From a virus: a stretch of 38,496 bases of DNA. This document shows, piece after piece, positions 6,936 to 15,469 of this stretch. Position 1 is the first letter of the stretch, and each line of letters opens with the position of its first letter. The stretch is from the IMG/VR virus record IMGVR_UViG_3300045988_142547; one strand, written 5' to 3'. A model generated the notes under the pieces. It worked only from the letters and a program-made list of their open reading frames with translations, was not told the DNA's origin and made no database searches. The translations under genes and the position numbers were made by a program.

Positions 6936-8193
6936 TTTACCGTCTATGGTCGGGAGCGGTTATGGTGCTTTCTGGCGCTCTCAAAATTTTTATAGAGTTG
7001 TTAAGGGGTCGCGTGGTTCGAAGAAATCAAAAACGACCGCTCTTAATTTTATTATACGTTTATTGAAGCACCCCTGGTCTAACCTGCTGGTGGTCCGGCG
7101 ATATTCAAATACAAATAGACAATCCACTTTTACTGATTTCAAGTGGGCCGCTAATCGGTTAAAGGTCACGCACTTATTTAAATTTAATGAGTCGCTGCCG
7201 GAGATTACCGTTCGGGCTACTGGTCAGAAGATTCTGTTTAGGGGTCTTGATGATGATTTAAAAATCACTTCTATCACGGTGGATGTCGGGGTCTTATGTT
7301 GGGCCTGGTTCGAAGAAGCGTATCAAATAGAAAATGAAGAAAAGTTCAGCACGGTCGTTGAGTCCATTCGTGGGTCCTACGATTCCCCGGACTTCTTCAA
7401 ACAAATCACTGTTACATTTAACCCATGGAATGAGCGCCACTGGTTGAAGGCTGCATTCTTCGACCGGGAGACGAGCCGTGCGGATACGCTGGCTATTACC
7501 ACGACCTTTAGGTGTAATGAGTGGCTTGATGATGTCGATATCCAGCGATATATGGATTTATACGAAACCAATCCACGACGTGCTCGTATCGTGTGCGATG
7601 GTGAGTGGGGTGTCGCGGAAGGTCTTATTTATGAGAATGTTAAAATCCGGGACTTCGATGTGGCGCTGCTGGCTAAGGATAAGGATAACCAGTTAGCGGT
7701 CGGACTCGACTTCGGGTTTATCCATGACCCCACTGCGCTGTGTGTCAGCTATATCAATGAATCTAAAAAAGAGATATATATCTTTGATGAATTCTACGAG
7801 AAGGGGCTGGTCACTCGTCAAGTGGCGGATATGCTGCAGAAAAAAGGATATGCTAAAGCACCAATCATTGCCGATAGTGCTGAGGCTCGCCTTATCTATG
7901 AACTAAAAACTGAGCATGGTATCACTCGTATCAAGCCGAGTCGTAAGGGTCGGGACAGTGTAAAAGCTGGGATTTCCAAGCTGCAGGGTTATAAAATTTA
8001 TGTGCATCCTAAGTGCACCAGTATCATGGATGAGTTTTATAGTTATTGTTATGTTAGGGACAAAGATGGCAAGTGGACCAATGAGCCGGAAGATGCGAAC
8101 AACCACTTGATGGATGCGCTGCGGTACAGTTTACAAGTCATCGAAGTTCAGAAGGTCAAAGTACGAAACAAAGAAAGGATGGGATTCTATTGA
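6913..8193 (+). CDS. terL: Terminase large subunit (PBSX/Terminase_3-like)
   Basis: 426 aa. Has a Walker-A-like KGSRGSKKSKT, a Walker-B-like LCWAWFEEA, and a C-terminal nuclease region with acidic motifs (GLDFGF..DPTA, IADSAE). Lies between terS and the portal gene. Confidence 0.9.
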   Translation: MKRTYQIDLPSMVGSGYGAFWRSQNFYRVVKGSRGSKKSKTTALNFIIRLLKHPWSNLLVVRRYSNTNRQSTFTDFKWAANRLKVTHLFKFNESLPEITVRATGQKILFRGLDDDLKITSITVDVGVLCWAWFEEAYQIENEEKFSTVVESIRGSYDSPDFFKQITVTFNPWNERHWLKAAFFDRETSRADTLAITTTFRCNEWLDDVDIQRYMDLYETNPRRARIVCDGEWGVAEGLIYENVKIRDFDVALLAKDKDNQLAVGLDFGFIHDPTALCVSYINESKKEIYIFDEFYEKGLVTRQVADMLQKKGYAKAPIIADSAEARLIYELKTEHGITRIKPSRKGRDSVKAGISKLQGYKIYVHPKCTSIMDEFYSYCYVRDKDGKWTNEPEDANNHLMDALRYSLQVIEVQKVKVRNKERMGFY

Positions 8194-9578
8194 TGTATAC
8201 TTACCCACGCGAAGGGTACGATGAGCACTCGTTGAATCGCGGAGCCATTGCGGCTCTTATATTAAAGCATCGCTCTGCAGCGATGAATTTAAAAAAGAAT
8301 TTGGATTATTATTTAGCGAAGCAGAAGGAGGACCTGGTCAGTAATCATGCCAAGGATATATCGGACACGGCCACTGGTTACTTCCTGGGCAATGCTATTA
8401 CTTATAAAAATACAGGGGACGTGGACATCGACCCGTTGCTCGAAGCGTTCGATGCGGCCGAGGTAGATGAAAATGACCACGATAACGCGTTCGATATGTC
8501 CATCTTCGGCGTGGCCTATGAATATATTTACGCTAAGGAAGGCGCCAATGAATTGGATATAAAATCGCTTGAACCAACTAATACGTTTATTGTGTATGAT
8601 GATTCGATTGAGCAAAAGCCGCTTTTTGCTGTTTATTATTACGAGCGTACCAACTCGAAAAATGACACGACCATGTATTATGCGAATGTGTTCACTGAAA
8701 ATCTGCATTATTCATTCTTATTGAGTATGAGTGGCACGGTCCTAGTCAATGATACAGTTGCGAAAGTGGAGCCCCATTATATGGGTGAGATTCCGGTCGT
8801 TGAGTATCAGAATAATAAATTCAAAATCGGGGACTTTGAGCAACAAATCAATCTTATTGATGCATATAATAAATTGAGCATTACTCGCTTGAAGGATAAG
8901 GAGCAATTTGTGGATGCTATCCTGTTAATCTATGGCAGCCAGTTTGCGGATACGCCGGAGGAGATGAGCGAGTTTGCTAAGGTCCTACGTGAGGAGCGCA
9001 TGCTGGAACTGCCTACTGACGCGAAAGCGGAGTACCTAATTCGCACCCTGGATGAAGCCGGTGTCGAAATTCTGCGCAAAGCCATCAAGGATGACATTTA
9101 TACGTTCAGCCATGTTCCGAACCTATCGGATGAGAATTTCGCTGGTAATACTTCGGGTGTTGCTATGGAATATAAAATTCTTGGATTGGCTATGATTACC
9201 AAAACGAAGGAGCGCTACTACAGAAAGGGGCTGCGCAAGCGCATCAGAATTTTCTGTCATCGCTTGGGTCTGAACTCAATTGCTATGGAAGCGAAGAATA
9301 TCGTTCCGCAGTTCAGTCGTGGCTTACCTAAGAATTTACTTGAGCTTTCTCAAATCGTGGCGAACCTTGACGGTCGTGTTACGAGTGAGACTGCGTTGGG
9401 CTTGCTGCCATTCGTTGAGGACCCTGCTGAGGAAGTAGAAAAACTTAAGGAAGAAAAAGCGGAAGCGCAGGAGCGTGAGCGCTCGTTCTTTGCGAATACT
9501 CCAATAGAAACCGATAATAATTTCGTGAGTGGAAATGCGGAGGAACGATTCGGGGGCGAGGTAAATGAAGCCGAATAG
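8193..9578 (+). CDS. Portal protein, SPP1 gp6-like
   Basis: About 461 aa, with ATG 8193 overlapping the terL stop (tTGATG). The block TGYFLGNAITYK and the overall length fit SPP1-type portals. Position is directly after terL. Confidence 0.85.
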   Translation: MYTYPREGYDEHSLNRGAIAALILKHRSAAMNLKKNLDYYLAKQKEDLVSNHAKDISDTATGYFLGNAITYKNTGDVDIDPLLEAFDAAEVDENDHDNAFDMSIFGVAYEYIYAKEGANELDIKSLEPTNTFIVYDDSIEQKPLFAVYYYERTNSKNDTTMYYANVFTENLHYSFLLSMSGTVLVNDTVAKVEPHYMGEIPVVEYQNNKFKIGDFEQQINLIDAYNKLSITRLKDKEQFVDAILLIYGSQFADTPEEMSEFAKVLREERMLELPTDAKAEYLIRTLDEAGVEILRKAIKDDIYTFSHVPNLSDENFAGNTSGVAMEYKILGLAMITKTKERYYRKGLRKRIRIFCHRLGLNSIAMEAKNIVPQFSRGLPKNLLELSQIVANLDGRVTSETALGLLPFVEDPAEEVEKLKEEKAEAQERERSFFANTPIETDNNFVSGNAEERFGGEVNEAE

Positions 9579-10560
9579 TGAGCTGTGGATTCATGAGAAG
9601 GCGCGTTTTATGGTCGGGCAAATGGCTAAGGCTGAGGATACGGCTGCAATCATGAACCAGGGTTATTACCTGGCGCAGAAGCGGTTGGAGCAAGAAGCGG
9701 ATAAAATATTCGCGCGTTTCCAGTCCGCTTATGGTCTTACCGAAGACGAGGCTCGGGAAATTTTATCACGATCAGGACTGGACATAGATGCTGCAGTACG
9801 GGCATTAGCGGCTAGTGAAAAAGGTGGGCGTAATATTTTGGCCGAGTTGAATGGTCCAGCGTATGCTCACAGGATTCAAGCGCTGCGTGAGTCTAGTGTG
9901 GAAATTGACCGGCTCATGGAGCAATTGATTAAGCGTGACCGTAAGCTGCTTACTAATCACTTGAAACGGTCAGCTAAGGATGCATATCTTCACAGCGTGT
10001 ATCTGACCCAGCAGCAAGCTGGCGTATCGTTTAAATTTAAGGACTACGACCCCGAGCATGTGGACAAGCTGCTTCGGGTCAAGTGGTCCAAGAAGCATTT
10101 TAAGGATGCCATCGGGGATAATATCCACGGGCTTGGGGCTGCCATCAAGGAGGAGTTCCTGGTTAATTATTTAACCGGCAGGTCCACTGAAGCTGCTGCG
10201 GATAGTATCGCCCAACGATTCAATTTTAGTTATTATCAAGCGCGGCGTTTGGTCCGGACTGAAAGTACGTATATTGAAGCCGAGATGGAAGCCCAGGGGT
10301 ACGAGGCATGCCATATTGATAAATATGAATATGTTTCTATCCTGGATAATCGTACATCGGAGCTATGTCAGCAGCATGACGGGAAAATCTACAAAGTATC
10401 AGAGCGAATGCCTGGTGTGAATTTTCCGCCGCTTCATGTGTGGTGCCGGTCCACGACCATTGCGCATATCCCGGATGATTACCTGGAGCAGGCTCCTGCT
10501 GGAGCTGTGGCCCGGTCCGGTCAGCGTGTATCGTTTAATGACTGGAAAAAGAATTTTTAA
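9565..10560 (+). CDS. Minor head / head morphogenesis protein (SPP1 gp7 / Mu F family)
   Basis: 331 aa. The C-terminal block RLVRTESTYIEAEMEAQGY...LDNRTSELCQQHDGKIY...PPLHVWCRSTT is typical of the Phage_Mu_F domain. Confidence 0.85.
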   Translation: MKPNSELWIHEKARFMVGQMAKAEDTAAIMNQGYYLAQKRLEQEADKIFARFQSAYGLTEDEAREILSRSGLDIDAAVRALAASEKGGRNILAELNGPAYAHRIQALRESSVEIDRLMEQLIKRDRKLLTNHLKRSAKDAYLHSVYLTQQQAGVSFKFKDYDPEHVDKLLRVKWSKKHFKDAIGDNIHGLGAAIKEEFLVNYLTGRSTEAAADSIAQRFNFSYYQARRLVRTESTYIEAEMEAQGYEACHIDKYEYVSILDNRTSELCQQHDGKIYKVSERMPGVNFPPLHVWCRSTTIAHIPDDYLEQAPAGAVARSGQRVSFNDWKKNF

Positions 10561-10577
10561 AAAGTCGATGATAAGTG

Positions 10578-10606
10578 TTGCAATCAACCCCATTCAGAGT
10601 TACTAT
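10578..10606 (+). promoter_or_regulatory. Sigma-A-type promoter (P3) of the P1/P2 family, located inside the morphogenesis region
   Basis: -35 TTGCAA, 17-nt spacer ending cAGAGT, -10 TACTAT followed by ATA. About 19 of 26 positions match the P1/P2 core cagagttattatatagacagtgaagg. Confidence 0.6.
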
Positions 10607-10659
10607 ATACATGTAAAGGAAAACCTTACAAAAAAGTAAACCGAAGGGGTAATGAAAAA

Positions 10660-10875
10660 ATGGATACACTAAATCTTGAAGGACTAAATAAAAAGCAAAT
10701 CTTTAAAAAAGCTATGAAAGCTAAAAAGGATAAATTAGCCGCTCGCTACGAAAAAGAACCGGAATTGAAATTATACGATGAAGGTAAAATTACATATACG
10801 GAATATGTAAGACGTGCCGTTGCCCGTGAAAAAGCTGAGGGCAAAGATGATGTATGGTGGTACGAAGGCGAGTAA
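10660..10875 (+). CDS. Small highly charged hypothetical protein (71 aa) in a stand-alone promoter/terminator cassette
   Basis: RBS GAAGGGG lies 8 nt before the ATG. Own promoter (P3) and own terminator (10895..10923). Confidence 0.6.
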   Translation: MDTLNLEGLNKKQIFKKAMKAKKDKLAARYEKEPELKLYDEGKITYTEYVRRAVAREKAEGKDDVWWYEGE

Positions 10876-10894
10876 TTAAAAACGAATTAAAATG

Positions 10895-10923
10895 AAGCTG
10901 GTTGCTTAGGCAGCCGGCTTTTT
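10895..10923 (+). terminator. Intrinsic terminator
   Basis: 9-bp stem gctggttgc / gcagccggc (two G-U pairs), loop ttag, then TTTTT. Flanking AA..TT extends the stem. Confidence 0.7.
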
Positions 10924-11002
10924 AATTTGCCCAGGCTTGGATGGCATAAAAAGCTAAGGATTACATAGTCGGGGACGACTTAAAAAATAGGAGGTTTTCA
11001 GT

Positions 11003-11599
11003 ATGGAAAACGAAGAAAAAAATGTAAATGTCAACCTGGATGAACCAGCAGCGCCTGAGGAGTCTGCAGAACCAAAAGCGCCCGAAGTGAACCCGGATGA
11101 CGAGAAAAAATACACTGACGCGGATGTCAATGCTATCATTGATAAAAAATTCGCGAAGTGGAAGCAAGACCTCGAGCGCAAGGAGACCGAAGCTAAAAAA
11201 TTGGCGAAAATGAACGCCGATGAAAAAGCGAAGTATGAGCGTGAAAAAGCTGAGCGTGAATTGGCCGACCGTGAAGCTGCAATCACTAGACGTGAGCTTG
11301 CTGCCACTGCTAAGGAGACCCTAGCCGAGAAAGGGCTGCCGTCTGACCTTGCTAGTGTGTTAGATTATACGGATGCGGAATCGTGCCAGGCATCAATTGC
11401 TGCGGTCGAGAAAGCATTCAGCGCTGCTGTCAATAAGGCAGTAGAAAGTAAACTAAAGGGTGGCGCCCCTATTCCAAAAGCGCCGGAAGCTGGTGGGGTA
11501 TCTCATGAGCAATTCTTACGAATGACAGCGAATGAGCGCATTGCTTTGAAAATGTCTGACCCCGAATTATACGAATCTTTAAAATCGAAAGGAAGATAA
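11003..11599 (+). CDS. Capsid scaffolding protein (DUF4355-like)
   Basis: 198 aa, acidic and coiled-coil rich (KKYTDADVNAIIDKKFAKWKQDLERKETEAKK...). Lies directly upstream of the major capsid gene. Strong RBS TAGGAGG. Confidence 0.75.
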   Translation: MENEEKNVNVNLDEPAAPEESAEPKAPEVNPDDEKKYTDADVNAIIDKKFAKWKQDLERKETEAKKLAKMNADEKAKYEREKAERELADREAAITRRELAATAKETLAEKGLPSDLASVLDYTDAESCQASIAAVEKAFSAAVNKAVESKLKGGAPIPKAPEAGGVSHEQFLRMTANERIALKMSDPELYESLKSKGR

Positions 11600-11605
11600 A
11601 AAATT

Positions 11606-12445
11606 ATGCCACAAGGACAAACTAAAATTACAAATTTATTCGACCCAGAAGTATTAGCGGATATGCTAAACGAGCAAACTGGTAAGCACATCAAATTCGC
11701 GCCTTTAGCGGATGTAGATAAAACTTTAGAAGGTACACCAGGGGACACGCTTACTGTGCCACAATGGAACTATATTGGTGACGCTGCGGAAGTTGCAGAA
11801 GGAGCTGCGATTCCAGTTGAGCAATTAGGTCATACAACTACTAAAATGAAAGTTAAAAAAGCAGCGAAAGGTGTGGAAATCACTGACGAAGCATTGCTTT
11901 CAGGCTATGGTGACCCTAAAGGCACAGCCGTTCGTCAATTGGCGAAATCAATCGACCAAAAAGTCGACCAAGATGTGTTAGAAGCAGCTCGCACTGCAAC
12001 TCAAGCGCATACTACTAAAAAAGGACTAAAAATCGAAGATATCAATGCAGCGCAAAATGTGCTTAACTCTGAATCTGACGATGATGTTTATGTATTATTG
12101 TGCAATACTAAGTATGCGAACGACTTACGTTTGGAAGCTGGTAAGGACTTCTTAAGCGGCTCTCAATTAGGAGCAGAAGCGTTTGTAAAAGGTACTTATG
12201 GTGCCATCTTAAATACTCAAATCGTTAAATCTAATAAATTAGCGGATACAGAAGCTATCCTTGTATTAACTAACAAGGATGAGGAAGATGGAACTAAAGC
12301 ATTCAAAATCGTTTCTAAGCGTGATACGCTCTTAGAAATTGAGCGTTATGCTTCTAAAAAATCAACAGGTTTATTCGCTGACCGTCACTATGGTGCGTAC
12401 TTACAAAATGCGAAGAAAGTTGTTAAAATTACAATCACAAAATAG
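11606..12445 (+). CDS. Major capsid protein
   Basis: 279 aa, starting 7 nt after the scaffold stop. Codon usage looks highly expressed. The position between scaffold and connector genes is conserved. Confidence 0.8.
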   Translation: MPQGQTKITNLFDPEVLADMLNEQTGKHIKFAPLADVDKTLEGTPGDTLTVPQWNYIGDAAEVAEGAAIPVEQLGHTTTKMKVKKAAKGVEITDEALLSGYGDPKGTAVRQLAKSIDQKVDQDVLEAARTATQAHTTKKGLKIEDINAAQNVLNSESDDDVYVLLCNTKYANDLRLEAGKDFLSGSQLGAEAFVKGTYGAILNTQIVKSNKLADTEAILVLTNKDEEDGTKAFKIVSKRDTLLEIERYASKKSTGLFADRHYGAYLQNAKKVVKITITK

Positions 12446-12465
12446 GACAGGGGGGCTGGGTTTAA

Positions 12466-12681
12466 ATGAAGTATAAAGTTCTTAATCCAGTATACCTGGA
12501 ACGCGAAGATTTCCATTGCCCAGTTGGAGCCGTTATCGATTTATCTGAGGACCGTGTTCTTGAGCTGGTCCAAAAGTTAGAGCGTATTGACGAGCCATTC
12601 AGTTCTTATTTTGCAGTTATCGGAGGGGATGATGATGAGCAATCTATTGACCCAGTTGAAGCTGTTGACGAAGGAGAGTAA
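12466..12681 (+). CDS. Hypothetical protein (71 aa, acidic C-terminus)
   Basis: RBS CAGGGGGG. Small ORF after the capsid gene. Function unknown. Confidence 0.5.
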   Translation: MKYKVLNPVYLEREDFHCPVGAVIDLSEDRVLELVQKLERIDEPFSSYFAVIGGDDDEQSIDPVEAVDEGE

Positions 12682-12949
12682 CGAGGAGTTACTCTCTCTT
12701 TACTTGGAGCAAGCTGAGCAAATGATTCTACTTGAAACGAACCGGACTCATGTTCCGTTGTCGCTTCGAATGACTCAGTTACAATTGGCGCAATACTTAA
12801 TGGAGCGTAATGGTAATGCCGGGGAAGTCAGCCGCAGTGAGGGAGGTATCTCCATTACCTATTCGGATGAATTGCCTGTTAATATCATGAAGCCTATTAA
12901 GGCAGCCAGGTTAGTGAGGTGCGGTGGCCGTGTATTTGAAAAACCTTAA
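12635..12949 (+). CDS. Head-tail connector protein (gp6-like / SPP1 gp15-like)
   Basis: ORF 12587..12949. GGAGGGG (12622..12628) is followed by three ATG codons. The N-terminus LLTQLKLLTKESNEELLSLYLEQAEQMILLETNR fits the gp6-like connector pattern. Confidence 0.65.
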   Translation: MSNLLTQLKLLTKESNEELLSLYLEQAEQMILLETNRTHVPLSLRMTQLQLAQYLMERNGNAGEVSRSEGGISITYSDELPVNIMKPIKAARLVRCGGRVFEKP

Positions 12950-13250
12950 ATCATATAAAGTTTTTCCGCGGACCGTCACGATCGATAGCGAAGGCGGAAG
13001 GTATGCCGATTACAGCAGCGAGCCTATTGTGTGCGAGTTGGAGACCTGGCCTGCAGGAGGCAGGGTCCAGGCTGCTATGTACGGGGAGCGCCTGCAGTAC
13101 ATGCGGAATGCGAACTGTTACCTAAGCGAACCAATCAAGGAGAACGATGGCGTGGCTGTGTTTTCGGATGATGCGCCGGATTATAAAGTAGTAAGTGTTC
13201 AGAGCTACACTGAGCATAAAGTGCTATTACTGGAGGCGATTGATAAATGA
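12924..13250 (+). CDS. Head closure / head-tail adaptor protein
   Basis: 108 aa, called from position and size. The start is uncertain: GTG 12924 or GTG 12930, the latter with better spacing to GAGGTG. Confidence 0.55.
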   Translation: MAVYLKNLKSYKVFPRTVTIDSEGGRYADYSSEPIVCELETWPAGGRVQAAMYGERLQYMRNANCYLSEPIKENDGVAVFSDDAPDYKVVSVQSYTEHKVLLLEAIDK

Positions 13251-13768
13251 GTGACGGCTGGGCGAGTCTATCTCACAAACTGGGGGAGCTGCCCTGGGCC
13301 ACTCAAGCTGCTATCAAGAAAATAGCAATGGGGCAAGCCACCAAGAAGGTACAGGGGACAGCTAAACGAAAAGCTCCAGGATTCAGTGGGGACCTGCGAA
13401 AGCAGATTTATACCAAAACTAAATTTGAAGCGGATGCCATTGTCGGGGTCGTATACTCCAATAATGAGCATGCTGCTTTTGTTGAGTTTGGTACCGGTCC
13501 GGAAGGTGCTGCAAATCATTCCGGCATCAGTCCGAATGTGAGTGTGTCTTATCGAACGGACCCGTGGATGATTCCCGGGGCGCTACTTAGCAGAAAGGCT
13601 GTTAATAAATACTGGGCAGGTCGGAAGTATGACCCGGAGGCTTTGTATTGGACTGACGGTCAGCGAGCGCAGCCGTTCTTATATCCTGCATTGAAGCAGA
13701 ATGAAGAAAAGCTGCCGCGTATTTTTGCTAAAGTAGTCAAGGACGAATTGAGGAGGCTGTCTATATGA
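13247..13768 (+). CDS. HK97 gp10-family tail component
   Basis: 173 aa. AKRKAPGFSGDLRKQIY...NEHAAFVEFGTGP matches the HK97-gp10 family pattern (aP..tG.Lr.si ... a.fvEfGT). The start forms an ATGA overlap with the upstream gene. Confidence 0.8.
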   Translation: MSDGWASLSHKLGELPWATQAAIKKIAMGQATKKVQGTAKRKAPGFSGDLRKQIYTKTKFEADAIVGVVYSNNEHAAFVEFGTGPEGAANHSGISPNVSVSYRTDPWMIPGALLSRKAVNKYWAGRKYDPEALYWTDGQRAQPFLYPALKQNEEKLPRIFAKVVKDELRRLSI

Positions 13769-14136
13769 TTAATGTAAAACCGGAGGTGTTCGAAGCACTC
13801 AAAAAAATAGTGCCTAACGTAACGGACGCCTATCCCAAGGACTGGACGAACTTTCCGGTAGTCGTTTACCTGGAGGACGAGAATAAACCGAGCGATGTTA
13901 CTAGCTCGGGCGAGGCATCGTCTGATATCAGTTATACGGTTCATATTTGGGATAAAAAATCGATTTCGGATATCGCGGTCAAGATTGACGCTGCGTTTGT
14001 GGCTCTAGGCTTCAAGCGTACCACTTGCCAGGATGTACCGGATAACCAGGAGCTACGCCATAAGCTCATGAGGTTTAATGGCGTGGTCGATGTGGACACG
14101 CTGCGTGTCTACCACAAAAATTATTACAATGATTAA
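13765..14136 (+). CDS. Putative tail completion / tail terminator protein
   Basis: 123 aa, overlapping start. Its position immediately upstream of the major tail protein gene is conserved. Confidence 0.5.
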   Translation: MINVKPEVFEALKKIVPNVTDAYPKDWTNFPVVVYLEDENKPSDVTSSGEASSDISYTVHIWDKKSISDIAVKIDAAFVALGFKRTTCQDVPDNQELRHKLMRFNGVVDVDTLRVYHKNYYND

Positions 14137-14164
14137 AAATCCAATCATGAAAGGAAGTAAATAA

Positions 14165-14584
14165 ATGTTAGCTAATGGGATTAAGTTAAAATGGGGCGAT
14201 AGTGAAGCCGCTGTTAATGAAGTTATCAAAGAATTGAAGGAAGTGCCAGAAATTGGTATTGAGCCTGAAAAAGTTGAGAATACAACTTTAGCGGACCCAG
14301 TAAAAATGTATGAGTTCGGTATCGGGGACGCTGGTGAGCTTGAGTATAAATTAAAATACGAAAATGGCACAGCGCAATCTTCATACCGTAAATTACGCCA
14401 AGCAATGGAAGCGAAAGCTAAGAAGTACTGGGAGCAAGAATATCCGGATGGTACTAAGGTTAAATTTGCCGGTCAACCATCTGTTAAAATTTCCGGTGGT
14501 GGTGTGAACTCAGCGATTGAAGTTACACTTAAAATCGCATTACAGTCTGAATTAAAAATTACGGACGGCGAATTATCTTTATAA
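14165..14584 (+). CDS. Major tail protein
   Basis: 139 aa with a strong RBS (GAAAGGAAG). Lies directly upstream of the chaperone pair and the tape measure gene. Confidence 0.65.
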   Translation: MLANGIKLKWGDSEAAVNEVIKELKEVPEIGIEPEKVENTTLADPVKMYEFGIGDAGELEYKLKYENGTAQSSYRKLRQAMEAKAKKYWEQEYPDGTKVKFAGQPSVKISGGGVNSAIEVTLKIALQSELKITDGELSL

Positions 14585-14612
14585 TCAATTAAAAAACTAA
14601 GGGGGACTTTAA

Positions 14613-15068
14613 ATGTTCGAAGATGAAAATCAAAACGAGAGTAATGTAGTGTCATTAGATGCTGCGCTTGAACTCGAAAAAGAAGAAGCACCAACTCCGG
14701 AGAAGCCTAAGCGCAAACCGTTTGCGGTGTGGTCAGTAGGCGGTACCGAGTACCACCTTAAATTAACTACAGATGGCATTGTTGCACTTGAAAGTAAAAC
14801 TAAAAAGAATTTACTCAGCCTAATCGATGAGCTCCCACCATTGAATGTAATGTGTGGAATTATCCAGGCATCTATGCAACGTTATCATCATGGAATTAAA
14901 TATAACCAAGTTAAAGCGTTAATCGATGAATATATCGATGAGGGCGGTTCGCAGTTGGAGCTGTTCACGGATGTTATCCTTCCAATCTTCCAAGTATCGG
15001 GTTTTTTCTCAGTGGAGATGGCCGAAGCGATGGACGAAACAGTCGAAACGGCCAAGTCGAGCATGTAG
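14613..15068 (+). CDS. Tail assembly chaperone (gpG analogue)
   Basis: 151 aa, RBS AAGGGGG. Sits upstream of the tape measure gene and contains the slippery site near its 3' end. Confidence 0.75.
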   Translation: MFEDENQNESNVVSLDAALELEKEEAPTPEKPKRKPFAVWSVGGTEYHLKLTTDGIVALESKTKKNLLSLIDELPPLNVMCGIIQASMQRYHHGIKYNQVKALIDEYIDEGGSQLELFTDVILPIFQVSGFFSVEMAEAMDETVETAKSSM

Positions 15069-15466
15069 AGCGAACCCTTACCGAGCGAATCTATGACCTT
15101 TACCCCATTGCATTAGACTGTGGGGTGGAGGTCATTTCTTTTTGGACTTATTCCCTGGACGAGTTGGAGGATATCTTCGAAGCGTTCGAGCGGAGTGAGC
15201 GCCGGAGGTTTAAAGCTAAAATTTCCATGAATTATGCTTTGGCTCGTCATATCCAGGACCATGTCGCTGCGCTATTGGTTGAGAACCATAAAACCAAGAG
15301 CTTATACGACCTATATCCGGACTTCTTTTCTGCAGAAGATAAAGAGGAAGCTGCTGGCCTAGTCAGCGAGCGTATGAAGCAGCTAGAGCTAGAAAAGCAT
15401 AAAGAAGCGATGCGTGCGTTTGCTGCTCGTTTTAATGCAAATATGAAAAATGCGAAAGGGGGCTAA
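14613..15466 (+). CDS. Tail assembly chaperone -1 frameshift fusion (gpG-T analogue); join(14613..15005,15005..15466)
   Basis: I translated the -1 frame by hand. It is open without a stop from 15005 through GTG 15125 to the stop at 15464..15466. ORF 15125..15466 has no RBS or ATG of its own. Confidence 0.7.
14999..15005 (+). promoter_or_regulatory. Programmed -1 ribosomal frameshift slippery heptamer G_GGT_TTT
   Basis: The zero-frame reading is tcG GGT TTT ttc, a canonical X_XXY_YYZ pattern. The -1 frame is the downstream T-like ORF. Confidence 0.7.
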
Positions 15467-15469
15467 TGC

